From an uncultured Candidatus Saccharibacteria bacterium (GTDB lineage: Bacteria > Patescibacteriota > Minisyncoccia > Phycocordibacterales > Zambryskibacteraceae), in assembly GCA_964642835.1 (NCBI GenBank), contig CAZXQA010000001.1, positions 268,831 to 323,386 on the forward strand: a stretch of DNA of 54,556 nt, read 5' to 3'. The stretch's first letter is position 1, and each line of letters starts with the position of its first letter. A program made the position numbers and the translations under genes. Below the pieces are notes generated by a model that did not search any database, was not told the DNA's origin, and saw only the letters and a program-made list of their open reading frames with translations. Positions 1 to 9,103 of this stretch are shown in pieces.

Positions 1-2
1 TC

Positions 3-569
3 TTCAAGATCTCACTCTACAGCTTCTCAGCTACTTCGCCGAACCTCTTCCGCCAGGCTCTCCGCGAGTTCATCCTCTCGGGTGATCAAAAGCTTATCCT
101 CGACATGCGCGGCAACCCTGGTGGTTATCTTGAGGCTGCCATCGACATGGCCAGCTGGTTCATGCCGGCAAGCAAGGTGGTCGTGAAGGAAGACTTCGCT
201 GGTACTAAGGATGAAAAAGTGTACCGAAGTCGTGGCTACGATATCTTTACTGACAAACTGAAGTTCGTCATCCTTGTCGACAAGGGCTCTGCTTCCGCGG
301 CTGAGATTCTCGCGGGCGCGCTCCAAGAACAAGGTGAGGCCGTCCTCGTCGGCGAGCAGACCTTCGGTAAGGGCTCGGTCCAAGAGCTCGTCGACCTCAC
401 TGCCGACACCTCTCTAAAGATCACGGTCGCCCGCTGGCTGACCCCACTCGGCAACTCCATCTCCGCCAAGGGCGTGACCCCTGATTACGTCGTGCCCTTT
501 ACCGCCGCCGACCAAGCCGCCGACCGCGACCCCCAGCTCGAGAAGGCGATCGAGATTTTGAATCAGTAA
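3..569 (+). CDS. S41 family C-terminal processing peptidase (5' end cut by window edge)
   Basis: The frame is open from the window start. LILDMRGNPGGYL and VLVDKGSASAAEILAGALQ...GEQTFGKGSVQ are typical S41/Ctp motifs. Confidence 0.85.
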   Translation, partial: FKISLYSFSATSPNLFRQALREFILSGDQKLILDMRGNPGGYLEAAIDMASWFMPASKVVVKEDFAGTKDEKVYRSRGYDIFTDKLKFVILVDKGSASAAEILAGALQEQGEAVLVGEQTFGKGSVQELVDLTADTSLKITVARWLTPLGNSISAKGVTPDYVVPFTAADQAADRDPQLEKAIEILNQ

Positions 570-585
570 ATAAATAAAAGAAGAA

Positions 586-613
586 GCGCCGCGAACCCTA
601 GGGTTCGCGGCGC
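586..613. terminator. Bidirectional intrinsic terminator hairpin between convergent genes
   Basis: gcgccgcgaaccc/gggttcgcggcgc is a perfect inverted repeat. An A-rich run precedes it and tttcg follows. Confidence 0.7.
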
Positions 614-621
614 TTTCGTAA

Positions 622-1059
622 CTAATAAGGTTCTTCGGGTTCGTGGAGAACGTGCCTTTTTTCAAGCATCAGCTCCTCAATCCGAGAAAGCCCGTTGTCG
701 GAGTCATTCTGCGCAGGGATGGAAACTGCAGCGGCTTGAGACTGAGCCAGTTTCTCTTGCAAGGCACCGACGTAGTCGCCGAGGGAGGCACAAGTGACCC
801 AACCATCTTCACTCACCCGTAGCCGAGGTCGGGGAGATCGGAACACTTCGATGAGATGGTCACGAAGCGACTCAGCAAGAGCCAGTTCTCTTTCAAATGT
901 TCGATCTTTCTCTTCTGGCGCGTCAGAAATCACATCAAACTCACCAAAAGAAAAAGATTGCACTGTTCCTTTCGAAAAAACTGCAGACAGTGCCTTCTCA
1001 AGGCTTTGAACCAACTCCTCTCCTTTATTCTTTTGAACCTTTACGCCAATGCGCAGCAT
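622..1059 (-). CDS. hypothetical protein
   Basis: 145-aa ORF convergent with the peptidase gene. No motif recognised. The overlapping + strand ORFs are shorter and low-complexity. Confidence 0.6.
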   Translation of the reverse strand: MLRIGVKVQKNKGEELVQSLEKALSAVFSKGTVQSFSFGEFDVISDAPEEKDRTFERELALAESLRDHLIEVFRSPRPRLRVSEDGWVTCASLGDYVGALQEKLAQSQAAAVSIPAQNDSDNGLSRIEELMLEKRHVLHEPEEPY

Positions 1060-1134
1060 GAACTTTTCTCCTCTCGTTGAGCGAGTTTTGCCTGCCTTTA
1101 TGTATATGCCTCCCGTGTGGTAAAGTCAAAGTCT

Positions 1135-1404
1135 ATGAAAGTCATATTACTCAAAGACGTGAAGGGGATTGGACGCCGGTTTGAAGAGAAGACAGTCTCT
1201 GACGGCTATGCCGCGAACATGCTTCTCCCGAAGGGTCTCGCCCTCGTCGCCGATAAGCAAGGGTTAGCCAAGGCTGCCCAACTCAAGGCTCAGAGCGAAG
1301 CGAAGCACGCCCGCGAAGAAGCCATCCAGCAGGAAAAAGAAAACAAGCGCCTGGAGAAGCGCTTGCAACTTGAGCAGTTCAAACAGAGCCGCTCGGCTAA
1401 ATAA
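1135..1404 (+). CDS. rplI: 50S ribosomal protein L9, N-terminal domain plus helix only (~89 aa)
   Basis: [36 protein letters not shown] matches the L9 N-domain. I place the start at ATG 1135; the ORF track begins at GTG 1117. Confidence 0.8.
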   Translation: MKVILLKDVKGIGRRFEEKTVSDGYAANMLLPKGLALVADKQGLAKAAQLKAQSEAKHAREEAIQQEKENKRLEKRLQLEQFKQSRSAK

Positions 1405-1413
1405 GGTTTCGAA

Positions 1414-1701
1414 TTAAGCCTTGACCTTCGGGGTCACATTCATGACCTTCTTCTTGGAAACGGTGTTGTCGAAGTTCACCTTACGCTTGTAGGTCATCGA
1501 GGTGATGCCATCAACGAGAGCGAAGAGGGTGTGGTCCTTGCCCATGGAGACATTCTGACCGGCCATAACGTCGGAACCACGCTGGCGAACGAGGATCGCG
1601 CCGTGCTTGGCGAAAGCGCCCGGGGTAACCTTCATGCCGAGGTACTTCGGGTTTGAATCTCTACCGTTTTTGGATACGCCTGCTGATTTCTTATGTGCCA
1701 T
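1414..1701 (-). CDS. rpmA: 50S ribosomal protein L27
   Basis: [24 protein letters not shown]...ILVRQRGS is the L27 signature. Confidence 0.95.
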   Translation of the reverse strand: MAHKKSAGVSKNGRDSNPKYLGMKVTPGAFAKHGAILVRQRGSDVMAGQNVSMGKDHTLFALVDGITSMTYKRKVNFDNTVSKKKVMNVTPKVKA

Positions 1702-1722
1702 CTTGGTCTATAATTAAGTCGT

Positions 1723-2115
1723 ATGAATATAGCAGAAACTATTAGCTTTGACAAGGAAGGGGAGGCTGCGCCAGGAGGAGCCCGGGGCCTTATCCGGAAG
1801 CTCTTCCTCTCCCTCCTCATCTGCCTCGTGGCCGCTCTTTCCTTTGGTCTTGGCCGCCTCTCAGGGCAGGGAAGAGGGGAGCCGGTGCGGGTCGAGTATG
1901 ATCCCACCCTCTCGGCAGCGGCTGCGGCCGCCTCGGCGCCTGCGCTACAGAGTAGTAACGGAGCGGTGGTAGGCTCGAAAAGCGGCTCCAAGTACCATTA
2001 CCTCACCTGTCCGGGGGCTAAACAGATCAAAGAAGCCAACAAAATCACGTTCTCGTCTAAGGAAGCCGCCGAAGCCGCTGGATACACCCTGGCAGCCAAC
2101 TGCAAGGCCCCATAA
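1723..2115 (+). CDS. membrane-anchored protein with C-terminal small Cys/His (Ada-like metal-binding type) motif
   Basis: It has an N-terminal TM helix (LFLSLLICLVAALSFGLG) and an Ala-rich linker. The C-terminal motif is KYHYLTCPG...ITFSSKEAAEAAGYTLAANC. Confidence 0.65.
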   Translation: MNIAETISFDKEGEAAPGGARGLIRKLFLSLLICLVAALSFGLGRLSGQGRGEPVRVEYDPTLSAAAAAASAPALQSSNGAVVGSKSGSKYHYLTCPGAKQIKEANKITFSSKEAAEAAGYTLAANCKAP

Positions 2116-2162
2116 ATATGGCTCAACAGAGCCATTCTATTAAACTCGACCACAAATAGTCC

Positions 2163-2191
2163 TTGACATCAAGGCTTGCATGTGATAGGAT
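2163..2191 (+). promoter_or_regulatory. sigma-70-like promoter (TTGACA-17-TAGGAT with TGn)
   Basis: TTGACA lies at 2163-2168, followed by a 17-nt spacer and TAGGAT at 2186-2191 preceded by tga. It sits ~45 nt upstream of the 2237 start. Confidence 0.6.
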
Positions 2192-2236
2192 GTATGTAAA
2201 TCAGCGAGAGCTGGTTTTTCATTTAGGAGAGCTCGG

Positions 2237-2788
2237 TTGACCCTTACCGGTCACACCGAATCCGGACACAGCCACCTAAGATTAAAAGTTTATCCCACCG
2301 TTATTCTTCAGTTATCTACCATTAGCCTTCTGATGAGCCTTTCTTCGAGTGCGATGGCCGTCATGCCTGCCGCTACCGGCACCACGACCGCTGACGCTCC
2401 GATGAAGGTGGCAATCCTCCCTAAGGAGATTGTATCCGAAGACTATCAGCCGATTACTGACCCTGACAACGTCGAGAGGTTCCTCAAGGACTACTTTGCC
2501 GATATCCCGCTCATGACGAAGATCGCCAAGTGTGAGTCCCACAACCGTCACTACGACTCCACCGGAGCAGTGCTGAAGGGTGAGAAGACCCCGCTCGACC
2601 GCGGCGTCATGCAGATCAACCTGTACTATCACGGGGAGACTGCCAAGAAGCTCGGGATAGACTTGAACACTATCGACGGTAACGTGGCCTACGCCCGCTA
2701 CCTCTATGAGAAATCAGGTGCCCAGCCTTGGATGTCCTCTTCGCCTTGTTGGTCTAAGTTCGCTTCCCCGGAGGTTGCCAAGAGGTAA
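2237..2788 (+). CDS. secreted lysozyme-like/transglycosylase-domain protein
   Basis: The TTG start lies 7 nt after AGGAG. The N-terminus is hydrophobic and signal-like. CESHNRHYD...RGVMQINLYYH resembles the catalytic region of SLT/lysozyme-like domains. Confidence 0.7.
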   Translation: MTLTGHTESGHSHLRLKVYPTVILQLSTISLLMSLSSSAMAVMPAATGTTTADAPMKVAILPKEIVSEDYQPITDPDNVERFLKDYFADIPLMTKIAKCESHNRHYDSTGAVLKGEKTPLDRGVMQINLYYHGETAKKLGIDLNTIDGNVAYARYLYEKSGAQPWMSSSPCWSKFASPEVAKR

Positions 2789-2795
2789 TCTCGAC

Positions 2796-2832
2796 ACAAA
2801 CCCCGCCCTCACCGGCGGGGTTTGTTGTATTT
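2796..2832 (+). terminator. intrinsic terminator
   Basis: The acaaaccccgcc...ggcggggtttgt hairpin is followed by tgtattt. Confidence 0.75.
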
Positions 2833-2888
2833 CAATACGAAGGGAGGTGCTACAGTATATTGAGACTCGTTTCTAGGAAAGGGGAGAT

Positions 2889-3161
2889 ATGAATTACGAT
2901 GATCTCGTTCCGACGGTACGCCGAAGCGACATCCGACCCGAATATATCTGGTCGGCGAGCGAGGTGGTGAGCAAAATCATCCCGGGCAAGCGGGTGCAGA
3001 ACAAGCAGAGTGGGCGCCACGCTCGCGTGGTCGAATTCGTCGACGATCGGAAGATTTGGGTACGCGTTGTCATGCAACGTCGCCAGAACTCTCCTCGCAA
3101 GCATCTGCGCGCCGTCAAAACTACCTGGCGGATCGAGAACATCCGACCCCTGAATCCCTAG
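2889..3161 (+). CDS. hypothetical small protein
   Basis: 90-aa ORF with a GGAG 6 nt upstream of the ATG and an intrinsic terminator directly downstream. Confidence 0.6.
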   Translation: MNYDDLVPTVRRSDIRPEYIWSASEVVSKIIPGKRVQNKQSGRHARVVEFVDDRKIWVRVVMQRRQNSPRKHLRAVKTTWRIENIRPLNP

Positions 3162-3175
3162 CGTTCCACACCTGT

Positions 3176-3210
3176 GCGCCGCAACCGATTTCTCGGTTGC
3201 GGCGCTTTTC
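3176..3210 (+). terminator. intrinsic terminator
   Basis: gcgccgcaaccga-tttc-tcggttgcggcgc (13-bp stem) is followed by ttttc. Confidence 0.8.
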
Positions 3211-3224
3211 ATTTCTATCTATAT

Positions 3225-3262
3225 AAATAAAAAGGGTCGCTCTGCGTGGAGCAAAGCGACCC
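3225..3262 (-). terminator. intrinsic terminator of the integrase gene
   Basis: On the minus strand, gggtcgct...agcgaccc is followed by tttttattt. Confidence 0.65.
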
Positions 3263-3414
3263 GCCACCCGGAAAACATTTCAGGGCATTGCGTACAAGGA
3301 AGCGTCCTTCCCCCTGAGCCGAGCAGCGGCCAACTGTTTTGCCTCGTAAGCAAGTGGGGTTTGGCCAGAACGACCCACCAGTCATTCCATAGTAAACCTG
3401 AAAGGAAAGGAGAG

Positions 3415-4383
3415 CTAGTCCTTGAGAGGATGGAAGTCCTTATGCGTCTTCTCGGCGTATTTGTCCGAGGCGTGGACGTAGCGGGTGGTCGTGTCGAGAG
3501 ACTCATGGCCCAGGAGGATCTGGATCGCAGCCGGGTTCGCGCCTTGCTCGGCTAAGTACGTGGCGAAGCCGTGACGCAGGGAGTGCGCTGAAGTCGGCAC
3601 GTTAATGCCCAGAAGCTCGCGATACTTCTTGATCTTCATCTGGAGATAGTTAGGGGAGATGTGTTTGTTCTTCTCCTTCATATTGAGACCCATTTCCGGA
3701 ATAAAGAGGTAAGGGAAGTCGTCTGCCCTCGCCTTCAAGTAATTGTCGATATGCTTCTTGGCACGCTCGGTGAGGTAGATAAAGCGCTGCTTCTTCCCCT
3801 TACCCTGGATAAAGATTCGCCCCGTCTTGTCGAGCTGAGCCCGTTTAAGATTGATGAGTTCCGAAATACGCATCCCAGAAGCAAACAACGTCTCAAGCAT
3901 GGCGCGGTTCCTGAGCGCCGTTAATTTATTTTTCTCAAACTGCATCGGAGACTCAATGAGCTTCTGGAGTTCGTTCAATTCCGCCACCTGGCCATGTTTC
4001 TTACCCATACGAAGAAGTTTTACCGAGCCAGGCACCACAGGCACGGGCTGGTCCATGTCGATGAGGTATGTGAGATAGCGTCGGAGAGAGGTGAGCGTGC
4101 GGTTAATAGAACCACTCGATAGATCTTTCTCCGCCTGCTTACCCTTCGCGGTTTTGCGGTCGCTCGAATTGAGATATGCCTTAAATTGCTCAACTGTGCG
4201 CTTCGTCATATCTTCAAACTTCATATCCACTTCCTTGCTTAAGAAATATGCCAGAGTTTCGAGATCGCGCTCATAGTTATAGAGTGTCTCCTTGGAATAA
4301 TTATTTGCCTGAATGAACAAGAGGAAATCATCGATAAGCGGCAAAGGGCCCGTGTTTTCAGAAACTTTTTTAACGTTATACAT
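3415..4383 (-). CDS. tyrosine recombinase/integrase, XerC/XerD family
   Basis: It has an N-terminal core-binding-type domain. The C-terminal catalytic box is GMRISEL...HSLRHGFATYL...LGHESLDTTTRYVH (R..H-x-x-R..Y). Confidence 0.9.
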   Translation of the reverse strand: MYNVKKVSENTGPLPLIDDFLLFIQANNYSKETLYNYERDLETLAYFLSKEVDMKFEDMTKRTVEQFKAYLNSSDRKTAKGKQAEKDLSSGSINRTLTSLRRYLTYLIDMDQPVPVVPGSVKLLRMGKKHGQVAELNELQKLIESPMQFEKNKLTALRNRAMLETLFASGMRISELINLKRAQLDKTGRIFIQGKGKKQRFIYLTERAKKHIDNYLKARADDFPYLFIPEMGLNMKEKNKHISPNYLQMKIKKYRELLGINVPTSAHSLRHGFATYLAEQGANPAAIQILLGHESLDTTTRYVHASDKYAEKTHKDFHPLKD

Positions 4384-4444
4384 AGAGTATGGAGACGTGT
4401 TGATTATACCAGCGGAACAGATGCGGAGTGGTTACAGGAGCTAT

Positions 4445-4473
4445 TTGACTTTTTATTATAAATGTGCTAATAT
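4445..4473 (+). promoter_or_regulatory. sigma-70-like promoter (TTGACT-17-TAATAT with TGn)
   Basis: TTGACT lies at 4445-4450 and TAATAT at 4468-4473 preceded by tgc. AGGAGGG follows, then ATG at 4492. Confidence 0.65.
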
Positions 4474-4491
4474 CCATATAGGAGGGAATAG

Positions 4492-4956
4492 ATGAAACGA
4501 GTTCTGAGTTTAAGTATTTGCGTGATCATGTTGACCGCTGGCTTGGCTGCTCACGCAGATCGGAAAATTGAAATGCCGAGCTTCGTCCAGTCCGCCATCG
4601 ACTCAATTAACAAAAAGACTCGGGTGCGGAAGATCAATTCGGTCACCATGTTTGAACACCGCACCGGTGAGCTCGCGACGAGCTACTATGGCGACCTCGT
4701 CATCGACTGCGACGCCAAGCTCCGGGCCATCACGAGCTTCGTGTTCGGAGGCGGCCAAGATACAAGCAAACTGGCAAACTTCATGGACAAGAGCTCAACA
4801 GATGAGCAGTTGCGGGCCGTAGCTGCCTTCATCACCCAGGGAGCGATGAGTTGCGATGGGCGAGTGCCGCAACGCTTTGTACGGGTTCAATTAGACCCGA
4901 GCAACTCGTTCACGTTCACACAAGTATCGGTGGACCGTTTTGAGATTCTCAAGTAA
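4492..4956 (+). CDS. secreted hypothetical protein
   Basis: It has a signal peptide (MKRVLSLSICVIMLTAGLAAHA), a strong RBS, and a hairpin plus T-run downstream (about 4960-5008). Confidence 0.7.
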   Translation: MKRVLSLSICVIMLTAGLAAHADRKIEMPSFVQSAIDSINKKTRVRKINSVTMFEHRTGELATSYYGDLVIDCDAKLRAITSFVFGGGQDTSKLANFMDKSSTDEQLRAVAAFITQGAMSCDGRVPQRFVRVQLDPSNSFTFTQVSVDRFEILK

Positions 4957-5444
4957 CAGAGCTAGTGGAGGAGCGGGCAATCATTGCCACTCAACCACTA
5001 GCTTTTTCATTTTGTAAGAAGAATTCGAAATCATAAAGAGGAGAGAGTGCAATGAGAAAGGGGTGAGGAAAGAAATCTTTTTAGCTTCAGCTTTGTGGAT
5101 ACCTAACTGAGTATAATATCTCTAATACTCACTATTATAGCAGGAAGAGGCCGGGTGCCAAGGCTTATGTGTGGATATCTGGTTCTTGAGCCTTTTCCAA
5201 ATAACTAACTTCCCTGTCCCAAAATCTCTCTATTATTTCTAAAAATATTTCTCCCCCACTTCTCTCCAATCACTCAAAAATTAATTGCCAGAAATACCAC
5301 TAAGCGCCACTCCCCCGTTTTTTCGGGTCTCAGCAGGGGAGTCGCAAAGAAATTTTGAATTTGATAAGGTACTGGCAGAAATACAAGTTCCCTACCCCAT
5401 CTTCCAAACCCGTAACCCAGGCCACGTGGCCCAAGGAGTAGCAT

Positions 5445-6143
5445 ATGACGTTCACAGAAAGAATTCACGCTCGATTCGGCAAGGGCCAGTTCACGTGCGT
5501 CTCACTTCCTGAGGTGAGACATGCTACAGAAGAAGCTGTGGCAAAAAACATACGAGAAACAAAAGATCTCGTGGCCGCCTATTTGATCGCCGATCCACAA
5601 GCACTCATGCTGGCACATATCATCGCCCCCGAGGTGCCAGTCGTTACAAAGTTCGAGGACAAATGGAGCGACGCAGTGATCGTAAGCCTGTATGACTATG
5701 AAGGCTCGCCCGACGACACAATGGTCTTCGTGAACTGCCGTACGAAGGGTAGCGGCTACGCCGATGCATTCCAGACAACCTCTGTTCTCATCACCCCGGA
5801 CTCACCCTCACACATGCATCGAGAGGAACCAGGATTCGAACCTCTCTATGTGCGAGTGGCACGAGGAGTTGCCATGATGAACGAGGTGTCGGCGTTAGGC
5901 CTCGTGGTAAGTGCGGGGTGTAGCGAGGAAGAAATGGGGCTCATCAGAACAGAAGCGCCGAACGTGATGACGCTCATTACCGGAGCGGTAACTCACCCCG
6001 CTATCGAGACATCGGTCAGGATCTTTGGAGTGCACTGTCTCATCAACATTCCCGATTACAACTTTCGCGGAAATGGCACGAGATGGCTCACAGACATCAA
6101 CAAGTCGATCAACAAGGCTCTCATCCCAACAGCAAAGGCCTAG
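5445..6143 (+). CDS. hypothetical protein (weak resemblance to an OMP-decarboxylase-like TIM-barrel layout, not supported)
   Basis: 232-aa ORF with a GGAG upstream of the ATG and a terminator downstream. No firm motif. Confidence 0.6.
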   Translation: MTFTERIHARFGKGQFTCVSLPEVRHATEEAVAKNIRETKDLVAAYLIADPQALMLAHIIAPEVPVVTKFEDKWSDAVIVSLYDYEGSPDDTMVFVNCRTKGSGYADAFQTTSVLITPDSPSHMHREEPGFEPLYVRVARGVAMMNEVSALGLVVSAGCSEEEMGLIRTEAPNVMTLITGAVTHPAIETSVRIFGVHCLINIPDYNFRGNGTRWLTDINKSINKALIPTAKA

Positions 6144-6157
6144 CAAGCAAGGAATCA

Positions 6158-6191
6158 AACGGTGCAAGGATCATCCTCGCACCGTTTTTTA
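6158..6191 (+). terminator. intrinsic terminator
   Basis: The aacggtgc...gcaccgtt hairpin is followed by tttttt. Confidence 0.75.
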
Positions 6192-6306
6192 GTCCAACAA
6201 ACTACTCCACCATTTAAAGGTCCAGTGCATGAGGAGATATACTGGCGCGTAGATAGGCAGAAGGATAAAGAACAGGAGCACCTTGATGGGGCGCGGCAAC
6301 TTCATC

Positions 6307-6501
6307 TTAGTGGATATAAGACCAGACGCTCACAAGTAAGTTCTTCAACCACACGAGAATATCCTTGGCGTATTGGAGAGCCGACTTCCCTGCTGGGGTC
6401 TCTGCCGCCTCAAAAGCCGACCAGTCAAAGAAATATTTGAGGGCGACGAGAGCGATAAGGATAAGGACGGCCAAGGTGACGAAGCCGCGATTTTTATTCA
6501 T
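6307..6501 (-). CDS. small membrane protein
   Basis: 64 aa with a TM helix (GFVTLAVLILIALVALKYFF). It lies 12 nt downstream of the M23 peptidase gene on the same strand. Confidence 0.55.
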   Translation of the reverse strand: MNKNRGFVTLAVLILIALVALKYFFDWSAFEAAETPAGKSALQYAKDILVWLKNLLVSVWSYIH

Positions 6502-6513
6502 AGGGAAAGTCTA

Positions 6514-7803
6514 TTAGAGCGACGGAAGGTATGCAAGCGGGTCGAGATACGCCTTCACATCGACGATCGGGACCACCACCTGCTTACAGCCACGACTCTC
6601 GACGAACTGGCGGATCTCCATACCCTGCGTGGCGAAGAGGCCAACGTGGAGATGTGGGCCGGTTGAGTAACCGGAGCCGAAGACTCCTGGCGTGCCGCCC
6701 GAGTAAGCGACGGTTTGCCCCGCGGTCACGCGAGCGCCCTTCTGCACCGAGAGCGATGAGAGGTGTCCGTAGACGCTTGAGAGGCCGTTATCATAGGAAA
6801 TGACGATCCAGCGGCCATAGGAGCCGCATCCCTTCTGCTCGTCCGTATTACCAGTGCCAGCTACCACGCCCGCTCCCATGGCCTTCACGGCCGTGCCCTG
6901 CGAGGCGCGGAAGTCTGTGCCGTTGTGACTACCCGAGGCGTAGATGCGCGTGTTCACGCCCGAGACCGCGCCGAAGTTGTTGGTGACATAGACACTCGCC
7001 AAAGGCCACGAGAGCACGCCGTGACGCGGAGCAGCGACGAGCGACGAGTCAATGTTGAGGTCGAGGCTCGACTCAAGACGGAAGAGATCTGCTTCGAACT
7101 GCTTCTGACGAGCAACGTTCTCGGCGAGGAGGGCTTGGTACGCCGCCTCCTTGCTCTTGGTCTCCGCGAGGAGTTGTTCCTTGGCCTTCTGACTCTCTTC
7201 GACGGCACTCTTCTGACTCGAGAGATCCTTGGCGAGCGCGGCGGCCTGGTCGCGTGCCTTTTCCTTGGCGGCTTTCTGGAGCGAGAGTGCCGTCTTCGTG
7301 TCACGTAGTTCCGCCACTTCTTCATCGAGAGAGTCACTCAAGCCCGCGAGCTGCGCGGTGTCTTGCCACGCATCAGAGAAATTCGCGGAGGCGAGGAGGT
7401 CGAGGACGATAGGCCTCGAGTCGCTCTGGAAGAGCGAGCGGAGCGCCTCGCCGACCGCCGAACGATGCAAGGTAATTTGCCGCTCGGTCTCGCTCACATT
7501 CTGCCCCAGGAGCTTAATGTTGAGATCGGTCGAAGCGATCTTTGACTGAGTAACCTTAATATCGGCGGCGAGCTTCTTCTTCGAAGCATCGAGGCTCTTC
7601 ACGGCCGTACCCAAGGTCTTCCCTTCCGCGGTGATCTTGTCGAGTTCGGCCTGGAGACGGGCCTGTTCGGCCACCAAGGCATCACGATCACGACGAATAC
7701 TCTCGATCTGGGAGTTGAGGCTCGAACTCGTCGCCGCCCGGCTTACGAGCGGGAGCGCAACAAGGAGAATGAGCAGAAACGCAGCATGTTTAAAGCGCGG
7801 CAT
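6514..7803 (-). CDS. M23 family metallopeptidase with N-terminal coiled coil (EnvC-like murein hydrolase)
   Basis: It has a signal peptide and a long coiled-coil region. The C-terminal motif HNGTDF...GPHLH is the M23/LytM signature. Confidence 0.9.
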   Translation of the reverse strand: MPRFKHAAFLLILLVALPLVSRAATSSSLNSQIESIRRDRDALVAEQARLQAELDKITAEGKTLGTAVKSLDASKKKLAADIKVTQSKIASTDLNIKLLGQNVSETERQITLHRSAVGEALRSLFQSDSRPIVLDLLASANFSDAWQDTAQLAGLSDSLDEEVAELRDTKTALSLQKAAKEKARDQAAALAKDLSSQKSAVEESQKAKEQLLAETKSKEAAYQALLAENVARQKQFEADLFRLESSLDLNIDSSLVAAPRHGVLSWPLASVYVTNNFGAVSGVNTRIYASGSHNGTDFRASQGTAVKAMGAGVVAGTGNTDEQKGCGSYGRWIVISYDNGLSSVYGHLSSLSVQKGARVTAGQTVAYSGGTPGVFGSGYSTGPHLHVGLFATQGMEIRQFVESRGCKQVVVPIVDVKAYLDPLAYLPSL

Positions 7804-9046
7804 TCTTAAGCACCATTATAGCGTGTTCGAGACGGTTTTGGGACTTTTCCTTGCCTAAAATATCCAGCATAGTCATGGGGTCAGGGCTCGCCTGCGCACC
7901 GGTAAGTGAGTAGCGTAACGGCCAAAGCACATTCCCCCGCCCGAACGACTGTTCAGTCGGGCGGGCCTTCCCGCTATCGGCATAAGCCATGATTGTATTT
8001 TTCAGCACTTCGCCTTCTTCTGATTTAATCATTTCCAAAACTTTTTCGAGGTGAAGAATCGTATTTTCTTTCGTCTCCTTTTTCCACACAATACTGGCCG
8101 CGTCGAGTGCGGGCTCCCCTACCATGTAGGGCTCATGCTCGATTGATTTCAAAACAAGCTTTCTCTGCTCAGCGGCGGGAAGGAGTTTGATGTGCTCCTT
8201 ATTCACCCAGTCGAGTTTCTTCTGGTCAAAGATAGCGCCGCCTTTCTGAATCTTTTTCAAATCGAACTGCTTGATGAGTTCTTCCATCGTGAAGATTTCC
8301 TGCTCGGTACCTGGGTTCCAGCCAAGAAGAGCAAGGTAGTTCAAAACGGCTCCTGGCAAATAGCCTTGCTCGCGATATTCCGTCACCGCCGTCGCACCAT
8401 GACGCTTCGAGAGCTTGGAGCGGTCCGGAGCGAGGATGAGTGGAATGTGCGCGTAGACAGGGCGCTCATAACCCAAGGCTTCTTGGATGAGAATTTGTCG
8501 AGGTGTATTCGAAATATGATCCTCCCCGCGGATAACGTGCGTCACTCCCATGGCATGGTCGTCGAAAACGACTGCCAGGTGGTACAACGGTTCTTCCAAA
8601 CTCTTGGCAATGACGAAGTCGCCAAGCTCCGTGGTGTCGAAGGAAATATCTCCACGCACAACGTCGGTGAAGGTAATCACCTGGCCTGGGTTCTTTAATC
8701 TAATCACCTCCACTTCCCTACTCGGGTCATCTTTAGCGGGCTCTTTAGAAACATAAGCTTTACCATTTGAGATAAGTTCTCCCAGCGCTTCGCGATAAAG
8801 CGTGGTGCGTTCAGATTGGCGGAAAGGACCTTCGTCATACGTAATACCGAGCCATTGTAAGCTCTCGACGATATTGGCTTCATACTCCCCTTTCGAACGC
8901 TCCTTGTCGGTGTCCTCGAGACGGAAAACAATTTTGCCATTATTCTGCTTGGCGAAGAGATAGTTAAAGAGCATCGTGCGCGCTGTGCCGATGTGGAGAT
9001 TGCCGGTTGGAGACGGTGGAAATCTGACGATCACTTTTTCTGACAT
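7790..9046 (-). CDS. gltX: glutamate--tRNA ligase (compact, 418 aa)
   Basis: RFPPSPTGNLHIGTARTMLFNYLFAK is the HIGH region and KLSKRHG is the KMSKS-type motif. Confidence 0.92.
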   Translation of the reverse strand: MSEKVIVRFPPSPTGNLHIGTARTMLFNYLFAKQNNGKIVFRLEDTDKERSKGEYEANIVESLQWLGITYDEGPFRQSERTTLYREALGELISNGKAYVSKEPAKDDPSREVEVIRLKNPGQVITFTDVVRGDISFDTTELGDFVIAKSLEEPLYHLAVVFDDHAMGVTHVIRGEDHISNTPRQILIQEALGYERPVYAHIPLILAPDRSKLSKRHGATAVTEYREQGYLPGAVLNYLALLGWNPGTEQEIFTMEELIKQFDLKKIQKGGAIFDQKKLDWVNKEHIKLLPAAEQRKLVLKSIEHEPYMVGEPALDAASIVWKKETKENTILHLEKVLEMIKSEEGEVLKNTIMAYADSGKARPTEQSFGRGNVLWPLRYSLTGAQASPDPMTMLDILGKEKSQNRLEHAIMVLKNAAL

Positions 9047-9092
9047 AGGGGGTATTTTAGCATAATTAGCCTTAAATCCCTCCCCTACCCTC

Positions 9093-9103
9093 CCTTTATC
9101 AAG
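9093..9103. repeat. left copy of inverted 11-mer (CTTGATAAAGG, reverse orientation) flanking the DUF559 gene
   Basis: cctttatcaag at 9093-9103 is the reverse complement of cttgataaagg at 9492-9502. Both sit in polypyrimidine/polypurine hairpin-prone context. Confidence 0.4.

Noticed and set aside
2850-3212. A 120-aa minus-strand ORF overlapping the 90-aa + ORF.
   Set aside because: The + ORF has a GGAG RBS and a + oriented terminator with a T-run directly after its stop. The minus ORF runs through that terminator.
4957-5444. A possible RNase P or other structured RNA (contains gaggaaag).
   Set aside because: Only that 8-mer resembles the RNase P CR-I motif. No GUCCGGGC continuation or other conserved regions are present, and the AT-rich composition is unlike RNase P RNA.
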